Source: an uncultured Candidatus Peribacteria bacterium (lineage in GTDB: Bacteria; Patescibacteriota; Gracilibacteria; BD1-5; UBA6164). From it: a stretch of DNA of 64,000 nucleotides. Within the stretch, counting starts at the first letter, position 1, and the number at the start of each line of letters is the position of its first letter. The notes beneath the pieces were generated by a model that was given only the letters and a program-made list of their open reading frames with translations, searched no databases and had not been told where the DNA came from. Shown here one piece after another: positions 26,399 to 38,784 of this stretch. The stretch lies in assembly GCA_964470525.1 (NCBI GenBank), contig CAYYDE010000001.1, forward strand, positions 128,447 to 192,446, given 5' to 3'. Both the position numbers and the translations under genes were made by a program.

Positions 26399-27718
26399 TT
26401 ATTTTCCAATTCATTCATAAATAAATCCCATTTCAAGTATTTCTTTTTTATTCCAAATATTTCTTCCATCAATTACAATTTTTTGTTTCAAAAGATTTGA
26501 GATTTTCTTAAAATTTGGCATACGAAACTCATCCCATTCAGTAAGTATCAAAAGCGCATTTGCATCTTTGAGAGCTTCATAATTATTTTCAGCAAAAATA
26601 ATTTTTTGATTTCCATTATATAATTTTTTGACGTGTTCAAGGGCAACAGGATCAAAGACATTTATTTTTTCTACTCCAAGAGTAAGAAGATTATCTATTA
26701 CTTCAAGACTTGGAGCTTCACGAATATCATCAGTTTTTGGTTTAAAAGAAAGTCCCCAAAGAGCTACACTTTTTCCCGTCAAATCAGGAAGATATTTTTG
26801 AAGCTTTTCAACTACTTTTGTTTTTTGTTTTTGATTTACATTTTGCGTTGCTTGAATAATTTGAAAATTATATTCATATTCTTTTCCTGTTTCAATAAGT
26901 GCTTGTACATCTTTTGGAAAACAAGATCATCCGTATCAAATTCCCGCATGAAGAAATCTTGGTCAAATTCTTTTATCCAGTCAAATTCAAGTACTAATAT
27001 CAGAAATATTTGCTCCCACGATTTCAGAAAAATTTGCAATTTCATTGATAAAACTAATTTTTGTTGCTAAAAATGCATTTGCTGCATATTTAATAATTTC
27101 ACTTGACTTAATATCAGTAAAAAATAATGGTGATTGTAAACGCACAAATGGTTTATACACTCGTTCCATCATTTCTTTTGCTCTTGGAGAAGAAACCCCA
27201 CAAACAATTCTGTCAGGAGTCATAAAATCTTTAATAGCAACTCATTCTTTTAAAAATTCAGGATTTGAAACAACATCAAATTCAATATTTTTTCATCTTT
27301 TTTGAAGCGTTTCTTGGATTAAATCAGAACACATTTCCCCTGTTCCAACAGGAACTGTTGATTTATTCACAAAAACTTTATATTCATCCATATATTCTCA
27401 AAATGTTTGAGCAACACTTTTTACAAAACGTAGATCTGCTTTATGATTTTCATCTGGAGGAGTTCCAACAGCACTAAAAATAATTTCTCAAAAAGAAACT
27501 CCAAAAACTTTATCAGTTGTAAATTGTAATCTTCCTTCTTTAAAATTTCTTTTTACAAGCTCCTCAAGTCCTGGTTCATAAATAGGAATCACTCATTGTT
27601 TGAGATTTTCAATTTTTTTGTCATCTACATCAACACATACAACTTCATGTCCTACTTCCGCTAAACAAGTTCCCGTTACAAGTCCCACATATCCTGTTCC
27701 AAACACTGTGATTTTCAT
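26399..27718 (-). CDS. ugd: UDP-glucose 6-dehydrogenase
   Basis: ATG 27718, TAA 26399-26401 (439 aa). [16 protein letters not shown] Rossmann and the catalytic-Cys context GGSCFPKD. Fragments 26411-26782 and 26987-27223 are in the same frame. Confidence 0.92.
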
Positions 27719-27850
27719 TGATTTATTTTAGAAAATATTACTGCTGTATTATACACAAAAACATCAAAATGCAAACTTTGTTTCATTTGATTTTTTTCAT
27801 TTTTTAGATACCATAAAGCAACTCAATCGTACCATATAAATATAAAAAAT

Positions 27851-29023
27851 ATGAAAGAAAAAATTATTGCTGGAAGTTTGGTGCTCTTTTCACTCTGAGC
27901 AGGAATTATTTGAAGTGCCATTTATATCAATATGCTTCATCCATGATTTCAAAACTTTTCTCTCAAAACAGAAAAAAAAGAAATTATTCGTGAAGAAAAA
28001 TTTACCACTATAACAGATTTAGAGAGTGAAATCACTCAACTGGTAAAAGAAGTTGGGCCAAGTGTAGTTAATATTATTATCAAAAAAGATTTAGCACTCT
28101 ATAGAAGAGATCCTTGGTGATTTTTTCAAGAACAAATTGGAAGTGTTGAAAGACAAGTAGGATGAGGAAGTTGATTTTTCGTTACAAAAGATGGAATCAT
28201 CATGACAAATAAACATGTTGTAGCAGATAGTGATGCAAATTATACTGTTATTACCAATGATGGAACAGAATACGAAGCAAAAGTAGTTGCTCTTGATCCT
28301 CTCACTGATCTTGCTATTATAAAAATAGAAAATACTGCTGGTGAAATATTTCAAACCATTGAAAGTATTACTGATGAAGACACCATACAAATTGGTCAAT
28401 TTGCTATTGCAATCTGAAATGCTCTGTGAGAATTTCAAAATTCAGTTGCTTTTTGAGTAATCAGTGGGAAAAATAGAGCCATTGAAGCGTGAGATGCCAA
28501 TAGTAGAACAGTTGAAAGACTTACATGACTTCTTCAAACAGATGCAGCTATCAATCCTTGAAACAGTGGATGACCACTTATCAACATTGATGGAAAACTT
28601 ATGTGAGTCAATACAGCTATTGCCTGAAATGGACAATGACTTGGTTTTTCTATTCCAATGAGCCAAAAAAGAATTACATATATTCTTGAATCTATTGAAA
28701 AATACTGAGAAATCAAAAGACCTTTTATCGGTATCAGTTATATTCCTATCAATCCATCTCTAGCACTTGAACTCTGACTTAGATCTGAATATGGTGCTTA
28801 TGTTCCAGAACAAGAATGAAGTATTCAACCATGAAGTTCTGCTCAAAGAGCTGGTATAGAACATGGAGATATTATTCTCTCTATTGATGGAAATAAAGTA
28901 GATCTGTGAAATCCTCTGCAAAGTCTCATACAAAATAAAATTCCTTGAGATACGATAGAAGTCAATATCATAAAAAAAGATGGAAGCCAAAAAAATATTT
29001 CTCTCACCCTTGGAGAAAACTAA
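27851..29023 (+). CDS. htrA: HtrA/DegP-family serine protease with PDZ domain, N-terminal membrane anchor
   Basis: ATG 27851, TAA 29021-29023 (390 aa). TNKHVV, DLAIIKI and GNSGGPL form the triad contexts. The PDZ segment is GIEHGDIILSIDG. Confidence 0.9.
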
Positions 29024-29050
29024 AAAAGACAACGAATGTTGTCTTTTTTG
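29024..29050 (+). terminator. Rho-independent terminator after htrA
   Basis: aagacaac / gttgtctt stem with loop gaat, then TTTT. Confidence 0.7.
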
Positions 29051-29180
29051 TTGTGAGCGTTCTTTTTTTATTATGGGAAATAATTTTGAAACTCAAGATA
29101 TTTCTTGTTTTTTCTCAAAATCTTTTGAGATTTTTTTAATTTTGCTTACAATTCATTCTATTATTCTTTTACTCTAATAT

Positions 29181-31008
29181 TATGTGTGGAATATTTGCTT
29201 ATTTATGAGAAAACAATGCTCAAAAATTTTTAATTGATGGACTGAAAAATCTTGAATATAGATGATATGATAGTGCTGGAATTTGTCTATTTGATAAAAA
29301 TGGACAAAAAATCACTCAAAAAGCTCTGTGAAAAGTATCAAATCTTGCTTGACAATTACATCAAGAAAATACAAATGAAGAATGATATCATGCTGGAATT
29401 GCTCATACTCGCTGGGCAACACACGGATGAGTAACTCTTGAAAATTGTCACCCACACAATTCTCAAAATAACAGATTTCATCTCGTACATAATGGAATTA
29501 TTGAAAATTATCTCCAACTGAAAAAAAATCTTATTGAACAATGATATTCTTTTTATTGAGATACTGATTCTGAAGTAGTTGCAAAACTTTTAGAAGAACA
29601 TTTTGAAAAAAATTTAGAAACAACTGTTAAAAAAATCATTCCCCTGCTCACATGAGCTTATGCTCTTGCAATTATGGATAGTCAAAATCCAAACGAAATT
29701 ATTGCCATAAAACTTGGAAGTCCTTTAGTCGTAGGGATAAAATGAAACTCATATTTTTTATCAAGTGATGCAAATGCTCTTGCAAATGTGACTGATCGTT
29801 ATATTCCAATTGATGACAAAGAAATGGTTATTTTAAGACCAGAATGATATACAATTCTTGCTTCATGACAAGAAATTCAAAAAGAAAGCATTGTTTCTCA
29901 AAAAAATAATATTGAAGAACAAATGTGAGATTTTGAACATTTTATGCTCAAAGAAATTTTTGAAATCCCTCATATCATTGAAAATGTTTTATGAGGAAGA
30001 ATCAATTTTGAAAAAAAAGAAATTAAAAGTAATTCTCTAGAAAATATTGATATTCACTCTATCAAAAAAATTGAAATTATTGCAAGTGGAACAAGTTTTA
30101 ATGCTGGTTTAACAGGTGCATATTTATTTGAAGAACTCTCAGATATTCCAACACAAGTACATATTAGTACCGAATTTAAATATAAAAAACAATTTATTGA
30201 TGATTCAACTCTCTATATTTTTATTTCTCAATCTGGGGAAACAGCCGATAGTTTAGAATGTCTCAAAATGGTAAAAAATAAGTGAGGAAAAACATTTTGA
30301 ATTGTAAATGTAGTTGGAAGTAGTATTGCAAGAATGTGTGACTATGGATTATACACTCATTCTGGTGTAGAAATTGGAGTTGCTGCAACAAAAAGTTTCA
30401 TTGGTCAGCTTCTCACAATTATTATTATTTCTCTCTATTTTTGACATAAAAAAGATCTTGATTACACAAAATACACTCATATTTTGTCAAACTTATCAAA
30501 TTTAAAAGATGATATTCAAGCAATATTATTGAAATCTCGTCAAATTGAAACCCTTGCAAAAAAATATTCTCAATATACAAATATGTTTTTCTTAGGAAGA
30601 AATCTTTTCTATCCAATCGCAATGGAATGAAGTTTAAAGTGTAAAGAAATTACGTATCATCATACAGAAAGTTATTCAGCGTGAGAACTCAAACACGGAC
30701 CACTGAGCTTAATTGATGAAAACTTTCCAACACTTCTTCTCAATCCTCAAAGTGATTTATATGAGAAAAATATTTCTACTCTGAAAGAAATTACCGCAAG
30801 AAACGGAAAAATTATATGAGTTATTTCAAGTAATGATCCTCATAAAGAATTATATAATGATACTATAGAAATTGGAAATACAAACGTATACAACTCTCTC
30901 TTTACATCAACTGTTGCACTTCAACTTTTTGCATACTATATGGCTCTCAATCTTGGGAGAGAAATAGACAAACCAAGAAATCTTGCAAAAAGTGTAACAG
31001 TAGAATAA
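29181..31008 (+). CDS. glmS: Glutamine--fructose-6-phosphate aminotransferase, interrupted by a 1-nt frameshift near 30868-30903
   Basis: MCGIFAY... was followed codon by codon from ATG 29181 in one frame to ...NVYNSLF (about 30902). The conserved C-terminus [37 protein letters not shown] (31006-31008) is in the next frame. The span is 1828 nt, which is 3n+1. Confidence 0.85.
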
Positions 31009-31040
31009 AAAAACGAAAGAAAATTTTCTTTCGTTTTTTT
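31009..31040. terminator. Bidirectional hairpin terminator (glmS / PAP2 gene)
   Basis: acgaaagaaa / tttctttcgt stem, then a T-run. Confidence 0.7.
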
Positions 31041-31452
31041 AAAATAAGTAAATCACAAATGCAGTAAAAATTCACAAAAGGCTTCCAGCAAATGCTTCAC
31101 TTGGTTTATGTCAAAGTTGTTCTTTAAACTTTTCTCCTACAAGCTTATTGATCGCTGTTGCATGAAGTCAAGCTTCATAACGGACATTGATAGCATCATA
31201 AATAATAATCACTGTAAACCCTAAACATACCGCAAATAAATCGTGTCATACTCATAACTTTAAACCAACTGCTGTTGTAAGAGAAGTAACAACTGCTGAA
31301 TGTACTGAAGGCATTCAACCACTTGATAAGGCACGTCTCATATTAAATGTTCCTATTTTGAGCTTTGATGAAAATCCTTTAATGATAACAGCAAGAATAA
31401 ATGCTATTGAAGGGATAAAAATCAAATTCTGATAGAAAAAATTATGTTCCAT
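31039..31452 (-). CDS. Divergent PAP2 family membrane protein (DUF212-like)
   Basis: ATG 31452, TAA 31039-31041 (137 aa). Carries the GGMPSVHSAVV motif. Confidence 0.8.
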
Positions 31453-31475
31453 ACAAAAAATTTATACGATAAATA

Positions 31476-31955
31476 CTAACGAATTTCCACAATTTTATAT
31501 TCAAATCCTCATGCTTGAGATTTTACTTTAATAGTTTCTCATTTCTTTTTTCCAATCAAAGCTTTTCCAATAAGAGATTCATTTGAAATTTTTGGTTCTG
31601 CTGCTAAAATATCAGCTTCTGTTGTCCCAACAATTTTATATGTTTGAGCCTCATCTTTTCCTACTTCAGTAATAACTACTACTGCTCAGATTTTTACTTT
31701 ATTCTCATCTTTATGAGATTCATCGATTAACTCAACATATTTTAATTGTTCCTCAAGATCCAAAATTCTTTTTTCTACTTGTGCTTGTTCACTTCTTGCA
31801 TCCTCATATTCAGAGTTTTCTGAAAGATCTCAGAAACTAATCGCTTCTTTTAATTTTTCAGCAATTTCAACTCTTTTCACGGTTTTTAGTTCTTCTAACT
31901 CATTTTGTAATTTTAAAAGTCACTCTTGAGTAAGATAAATTTTTTGTTCTGACAT
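31476..31955 (-). CDS. greA: Transcription elongation factor GreA
   Basis: ATG 31955, TAG 31476-31478 (159 aa). [17 protein letters not shown] and [17 protein letters not shown] are present. Confidence 0.92.
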
Positions 31956-31971
31956 AAAGATAATTTAAAAA

Positions 31972-32673
31972 TTAAAATGTTTCTAAAAATGGTTTTATTT
32001 CATTATAATAATTCTTTTGAATTTTCAAACCAAATACTTTTTTTTCAAATTCAATAACTAAGCGTACAAAATCATCAGGTGCATCAAGATTTATAAAAAA
32101 TGATCTCCTTCAAAAACTATTAGTCTGATTTAATGAAATAGGTAGATCATACGCTACAACATCAAAAAAATTATATAATTCTTCATACGAAGCCTCTACA
32201 AAAAAATATATTTCAAAACTTTGTGTTGCATATCTCAAATATGATCCAAAGAATTCGCTTGTAATTCAAAAAATTTGAAAGAAATCATCATATTCCTGAG
32301 GAGAAAATGAAAAGTTTTCAAATGATCCTAACACTTTTTGAATATATTGAGAATGCTCTGTATTTGTTGTTTGTTGTATTGGTGTAAGTTCATCTATTGT
32401 TTGTATATCATCACTTTGAGAGGTTCCTGAAAATTGTTGAGCTTTCAAAGACTGTATTTGCTGTTCTAAATCAAATATTTTTTGTTCATACTCTTGAATA
32501 TTACAAGTAAGAACATTATATTCATCATCAATATATGATGAAGGAATACGTTCAGTTCAAGAATATTTAATACTTTGAAACATAAAACGAACATTTGGTG
32601 AGATAAAATAAATTCATACCAAAAGACATATAAGCAAACAGAGAATTGCAATGAAATATACTGTTTTTTTCAT
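31972..32673 (-). CDS. Hypothetical membrane-anchored protein (233 aa)
   Basis: ATG 32673, TAA 31972-31974. N-terminal TM KTVYFIAILCLLICLLVGIYFI. Fragment 32266-32448 is in the same frame. Confidence 0.55.
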
Positions 32674-32679
32674 AAAAAA

Positions 32680-33213
32680 TTATTTTACTTTTATTTGAGA
32701 AAAATCCAACTCTAAAGGAGTATCTCTTCCCAATATATTTATATTCAATTTTACAAATCCTTTTTTATCATTTACTTCAGAAATAACTCATTCATTTCCT
32801 TCAAATGGTCATTTCATAACCATTGCAAAATCTCATACTTTGTATTTTGTTGTAAATGTTTCTGCATTTTTTTCCAACATTCCTTTCAATTGAGCAAGCT
32901 CTTCTCAAGAAACTGGAACTGGTACATTCCCAGCTCATAAAAATCCTGTTACATTTGGAGTGTTTCTCACAATATACCAACTTTCATTTGTTACTACCAT
33001 TTGAACAAGAATATATCATGGAAAAATATTTTTTTGTTTTTTCACTCTTTCTCATGAAGCTCTTACAGAAACAACGTCATGAGTTGGAACAAAAACATCT
33101 AAAATGTAATCTTCAAGTCAAAAACTTTCTCTTCTTTGAAAGAGAGAACTTCTTACATTTTCTTCTGTTCCAGAAATAACTTGAATTACATACCATTCTG
33201 ATTTTAATGCCAT
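32680..33213 (-). CDS. nusG: Transcription termination/antitermination factor NusG
   Basis: ATG 33213, TAA 32680-32682 (177 aa). NGN domain WYVIQVISGTEENV and KOW motif GDFAMVMKGPFEGNEGVISEV. Confidence 0.92.
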
Positions 33214-33226
33214 ATTTGCTTATTGA

Positions 33227-33424
33227 TTATCTATTTAAAAATTGTCCTGCTTGTTCTTTGAGAAAAAACAATATTTCTGTAAAAATACTATTAAAAATAG
33301 TTAAATACGCTCCAAACAAAATGAGTGTAACAAGAACAATGTAAAAATATTGAATGGTTTCCTTTTTCGTTGGCCAAACTACATGTCTTATTTCTCTTAT
33401 TGAGTCCTTAAAAAATTGCAACAT
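33227..33424 (-). CDS. secE: Preprotein translocase subunit SecE
   Basis: 65-aa ORF intact in both codes. IREIRHVVWPTKKETIQYFYIVLVTLILFGAYL is the SecE signature. It lies upstream of nusG as in most bacteria. Confidence 0.85.
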   Translation of the reverse strand: MLQFFKDSIREIRHVVWPTKKETIQYFYIVLVTLILFGAYLTIFNSIFTEILFFLKEQAGQFLNR

Positions 33425-33550
33425 AAAAAATTGTTAGGGGAATAAAAAAATGCTACCTTATCTATAAGTAACATTTGTCAAGATTATTATATAAAAAAGT
33501 TGAATTTAGTCAAAAAATAAATATAAATAAGGGGAATATTTTGTTACTTT

Positions 33551-34063
33551 ATGGATTTTATGGATTTTTTCGAGATTTTTTGAATCACAATTGTGATTAT
33601 AATTATTGTGTTTCTCTATTTTTTGTATATTTTTTGAAAAAAACTTGATACTTTAGAACAAAGTATTATCCATTCCTTTCAAAAAAGAACACATTTAATT
33701 CCATCTCTCTATGATATTTCAAAAGATTATATTTGAAAACATACAGAAGTTTTTGATGAAATATTACAACTCAGAAAACAAGAAATATATTGAGAAAATG
33801 ATTTTATAGAAGAAATTGTACTTCAATCAAAAATCCACCATGAACTCAACTTTATTTTTACTGTTGTCAATAAACATCCTCAAGTTCAGAAAAATGGAAA
33901 ATATCTTTTACTCAAAGATTTATTCATAGAAAATAGTGCTGAAATTTGAGAAAAAATGATTCTATATAAAAAAATGGTAGGAAAATATAACTTTTTCTTA
34001 CGCTTCAAAAATATTACAATAATTGGTATAGTACTCAATTTTAAAAGAAAAAAAGAAATATAA
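33551..34063 (+). CDS. LemA-family membrane protein
   Basis: ATG 33551, TAA 34061-34063 (170 aa). N-terminal TM, then SIIHSFQKRTHLIPSLYDISKDYIGKHTEVFDEILQLRKQE, which resembles the LemA core. Confidence 0.6.
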
Positions 34064-34090
34064 AAACTCGTTTCCAACGAGTTTTTATAT
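34062..34090. terminator. Bidirectional hairpin terminator
   Basis: aaaactcgtt / aacgagtttt stem with loop tcca. Confidence 0.7.
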
Positions 34091-34100
34091 TTCTTTTTAA

Positions 34101-35012
34101 TTATGCTCTTTTTCTTAAAAGTACAATTGCAAGTCCAAGTAAAAGTGCAAGAAGAATCATCATTACTTCTTTTGGTCCTGTTTGAGGAAGTTCTTCTGCT
34201 TCTGCAGCAACTACTTCAACTTCTACCTCACCAAGTATATCTCCTCATACTTCACTTCAAGTTGATACATCAGTAACTTCAACATCAGCTGCATTAAAAA
34301 TTTCAGTAAGAAGATCTGGTACAAAACTTGGAGCAACAAATGTTACCATACCATCAGCTCCACTTTGAATTGTATTTCCATTTACATCTGAAATAGAAAT
34401 TACTACAAGATCATATTCTTTCTCTGCTACTAAAGGTATTGCTAAATTCAAAACCACAGTATTATTATTCTCAACTCTTGATGATACAACAGCTACTTCT
34501 CCTGTTTTATCTTCTTTTTGAGCAAGAAAGAATTCTCTTACTGATGCTTCAGAATTTTCTACATCTCAACTAAATACTACTCTTACTTCTGATTCTGAAA
34601 TCACTTCTACTCTTTGAACTGAAAAACTTGAATTTGAAGAAACTGTTTCAGAAACGACAACAGAAAGTTCTTCAGAAATCGCTGCTTCATCAAAATTAGA
34701 ATCCATAGCAACAACTGCAATATATACAGTTTGTCCAGCTTGAAGACCAGAAATAGTTGCTTGTGTTTCTTCTACAAGATCAGATAATTCATTTTCATAC
34801 ATTCCATCTGCTGATGATTGTGAACCATACACTACAAGATATCCTGTTGATCATGGTATTTTATCCCAAGAAATAGTCACTGATTGAGCATCTTGTGATA
34901 CTACTTGTAAAGGGTTTGAAAAAGCAAATTCTGATGCTGAGACTGCATTATATGCAAATACTCCTACAAACATCACCAAAAATGCAAAGATTTTTTTTAT
35001 TGTATTATACAT
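34101..35012 (-). CDS. Secreted surface protein with fibronectin-III-like repeats and a C-terminal LPQTG-type sorting signal
   Basis: ATG 35012, TAA 34101-34103 (303 aa). Signal peptide MYNTIKKIFAFLVMFVGVFAYNAVSA, then a WDKIPGSTGYLVVYG FN3-like segment. The C-terminus is EELPQTGPKEVMMILLALLLGLAIVLLRKRA. Confidence 0.75.
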
Positions 35013-35124
35013 AAAGAAAAAACTTAATAAATAAAAATAAACTTGTAAATTCCAGTAATTATTTAAAATATTACCAAGTTACAGGTTATATATTAACTTT
35101 TTTTATTTTTTTACAAGTTTTTTT

Positions 35125-35679
35125 ATGAAAAAAAGTAAAAATGGTGTTACTCTGATAGAACTTTTAGTTGTCATAGCAATTATTGCAATACTTGTTATAG
35201 GAATGAGTAATATCAACTTCAATAGAGCCACTGATAAGGAATATCTCAATGCATTCAATAATCGCGTTTCTTCCATCATTGAAAAAAACAGAAACAATGC
35301 TTTGATTTGAAAATCTATGAGTTCTGCTTTGATAGTACCAGAAACATATTCTATACGCATCACTACAAGTGGAAGTGGAACTTTATGAGTTTCTTATATA
35401 TCTGAATGAAATGTTCATAACATAATGGAAGATACTCTGAGACTCAACCCATTTGAATCCATATCAAATTTAACATGTTTTCTTCCAAATAGTACAAATA
35501 CTGGAAGTTCTGCAAATGTTGATATTCTTATTGCAAAAAATACTCTTTCCCTTTCTGGATGTACCATATGAAGTTTTCCAAGCATATCATGAAGTATTTT
35601 AGAAATTGAAACATCATATAAAAATCTCTCAAAAAAAATTATTCTCAATACACTTACTGGAAAAATTGAAAAAAAATAA
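35125..35679 (+). CDS. Prepilin-type N-terminal cleavage/methylation domain protein (type IV pilin/pseudopilin)
   Basis: ATG 35125, TAA 35677-35679 (184 aa). MKKSKNG/VTLIELLVVIAIIAILVIG is the class III signal. Confidence 0.8.
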
Positions 35680-35680
35680 A

Positions 35681-37144
35681 TTATTTTTTTAAAATAGCAT
35701 AAAAAAGTCCTATAAGAAGTGTAGATAATAGAAATCCTCCTATCAAAAATTCTCATAAAATTGAAAGATTTAATATTTCTAATCAGAAAAATCAGAAAAA
35801 ATATATTCCAATTCACACCATTCCAATCAAGAATATTTTCTTCCAATCAAATACAAACCCTACTATTTTTCTAGAAAGTATCAAAAGTATAATAAAAAGT
35901 AAAAATTGTGTTGCAAGAGTCACATATCATGCTCCAACAAAACTATACAACGGAATAAATATAAAATTTCCTATGATATTTAACAACATAATCACAATAT
36001 TGACACGAAGTAATAAGGTGTCTTTTTTTGCTGCAATCAAAATATATTGATATAAACTTGATAAAAAATAAAACACTACCACTCCAAGAACAATTCAAAA
36101 TATATCTCCAGAAGCATATCATTCGGCATTACTGATATATTCAGAAGTAGCCAAAAGTAACAAAATATGATCTTGAAATATACTTCCCATCACAAAGAAA
36201 AATATTCCTCAAGCACCAAGAATTAAAAAACTTTTTTCTATCAATTTTTTTGCTGGTTCTTTGAGATCATCATGAAAATATTCACTCAAAAGAGGAAGTA
36301 AAGAATTCATATAAAATACTCATAAAACCATAATTACTTCTACTATTTTCATTGGAAGTGAATACATCGCAATAGAATAATTTGCAATTTGTGTTGGTTC
36401 TAATACAGAAAGTAAAATCACATCAACCTTAAAATATACCACACTCAAAAATAAAGCCATTCCATATGGTAAACTCTCAATTGCCATTTTTTTCATATAC
36501 TTCCAATCCCACAAAAACCCAACTTTTACAATCCTTGATGCATACCACCAATTCAATAAAAAATTTAATCCTGCTGCAAATGTTCCAGAAACCAAAATCC
36601 AAAGAAATGGTATTTCATACGAGACAATACTTATTGAAGGAAAAAGAAAAAATAACAAAAGAACTATAAAAAACACGTGAATCAGTCGAGTCAATACCGT
36701 TGAAATCATAGAAAATTCAATTTTCATGAATGCCTGCATCAAAGACATCACACTTGAATTTAACAAATTAAATACCGTAAAAATTCCAACAATTCCAATT
36801 CCCATCAGTGTTGCTGGAGTAGAATATCATGGTAATAAAAAAGCAACTCATAATGCCAAAATACAAACAAGAATTCATAAAATAAGTCTTAAACTCATTA
36901 CATTTCCTATAATAAATGCTGCTTTATGTTGATTTTTAGAAATTTCTCGAATCGTTAACGTATAGAGTCAAAGATCTGCTAAAAATGCAAAAATTCACAA
37001 ATAATTATAAATTTTATTATATTCTCAATACCATTCTGGAGGAAAGTATTTTGTTAAAGCTCCTATCATAAAAAGTGAAATCAGAGCTGTACATCATTTT
37101 CCAGCAATTTGTGAAAGAGTATTTGATGCTATTTTTTTGAACAA
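35681..37144 (-). CDS. Second Wzx/MOP-family polysaccharide flippase
   Basis: Fragment 36320-36805 plus flanks read through TGA. TAA 35681-35683. No ATG lies at the N-terminus, so I propose TTG 37144 right after an in-frame TAA: (M)FKKIASNTLSQIAGKG... 487 aa, multi-pass. Confidence 0.7.
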
Positions 37145-37245
37145 ATGTTATTATTATCAATTAAAATATATTGAATTTTCTTATATATCTATATAATAAA
37201 AAAAAATTAAAAAAGTAAAATGATTTTATCTTTATCACAAAAATT

Positions 37246-38700
37246 ATGAAAAAAATAATTATTCTTGTTTTGACTGCAACATGTGTTTTGAGTGGAATAT
37301 TTTTTTATAAAGCACAATATCAAAAAGATGATGATCTTGACTACACCCAACTTGGACTTGAACTTCATACTCTTGAAGATGATCAAACGCAAGAAAATTT
37401 CACTCCAGAAGATCATATAAATATGCTCAGAAATCGTTTTTCTCTCAGATGAATTATTATGAAATGAGATAATTATTTTGAAAATAATCAACTCATTTTA
37501 GCCCTCAATGAATATCTTAAAGCATATAGAGAAAATCCTCAAGATGATCAAATTATTACGAAAATTGCTGATGTATATTTTGAAACAAAAAATTTTAAAA
37601 AAGCTGAGGAATTTTATGCATTTATTCAAAGAAGAAATGAACTCCAAACAGAAAAACTCATTCTTTCTCTCTTCTATCAAATAAATTTTGAAGACTATGA
37701 AGAAATCAAAGAAAATGTGCAAAAAATTAAAAATCTTCGCCTTCCTGTTGAACAACAATTTTACTATATGAATAGTCTCAATTGTAGTGTAAATCTTCAT
37801 GAATGTAAAAAATATTTTCATAGTTTTTTTAATAAACATCCCAACATATCCTTTTGAAAACTCAATAATATCAAAGAAGCCTTTATAACTTTTGATAATT
37901 TTCAAACAGAACATTTATATTATAAGGATGCTTTGATGATTGGTGCGTTTTTTCGAGATAAAATGTATTCTCTGAGTAATCTTTTATGAACAAAAATTTT
38001 ACAAGAAAAATCAGATTATCAAGCTCTTCTTCTTATGACGGGAAAATGATATTACGAACTATGACAATTATCAAATGCTCAATCATCACTTCTGCAATAC
38101 TATCAACTTAATCCTCAAGATATAACGATTGCCTATCTTTTATGAAATATTTATTTTCGTCAAAGAGATTATACATCAAGTAATTTATATTATAATGTTG
38201 CTTTGAGAAATAATTTTGAACCAAAAATAGATCTTCAAAGAAAATTAATTTATAATTATTATCTTTTGGGAGATACTCGTTCTATGTTAAATATTTTTTC
38301 ATATCTTTTAGATGAACCAAATGCAAATATTGAAGATTTTTCTCTCTGAATTTACCATGCTATTTTAACAAAAAGAGTTTCAAATGCTTCTGTTTGGTCA
38401 AAAAGAGGAATTGAAAAATTTTCTGGACAAAATGGAACCGAAATCTTTTACTGATATCTTTGATGGATAGAAAGAGAAAGTGGAAATTTACAAAATGCAG
38501 AAAATTTTATAAAACAATGACTTGCTCTCAATCCAAGAAATCCTTTACTCACTCTCAATTATGGATATACAGAAAAAGCAAAAGGAAATTATCCTCTTGC
38601 TATTATATATTTTAAAAGAACCATTACATTCAATGGAGAATGAGAATTTTGAGAATTAGCCAATAAAGAAATTGCTTCATTAGAAAGTAAAATTCCATAA
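37246..38700 (+). CDS. Membrane-anchored tetratricopeptide (TPR) repeat protein
   Basis: ATG 37246, TAA 38698-38700 (484 aa). N-terminal TM, then repeated A..Y..AL..NP-type TPR units (LNEYLKAYRENPQD, AQSSLLQYYQLNPQD, GLALNPRNP). Confidence 0.75.
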
Positions 38701-38713
38701 AATTAAAAATTGT

Positions 38714-38747
38714 AAAGAGAAAAGAAATTGTCTTTTCTCTTTTTTTC
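38714..38747 (+). terminator. Rho-independent terminator after the TPR gene
   Basis: aaagagaaaaga / tcttttctcttt stem, then a T-run. Confidence 0.7.
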
Positions 38748-38784
38748 ATTATATAATAATATCTTAATATCTAAATAATAAAAT

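Noticed and set aside
26633-27070. 145-aa + strand ORF.
   Set aside because: It is antisense to ugd, which is supported end to end on the minus strand.
29024-29180. Possible glmS ribozyme upstream of glmS.
   Set aside because: Only about 157 nt of AT-rich spacer is available. It holds two simple terminator-like hairpins, and I could not find the conserved G+C-rich glmS ribozyme core by eye. A cmscan would settle it.
35415-35846. 143-aa minus-strand ORF.
   Set aside because: It spans the convergent junction of the pilin gene (+) and the flippase (-, different frame). The flippase frame is continuous to TAA 35681 when UGA is read as Gly.
37498-37914. 138-aa minus-strand ORF.
   Set aside because: It is antisense to the TPR protein gene, and its product is low-complexity Phe/Ile/Lys.
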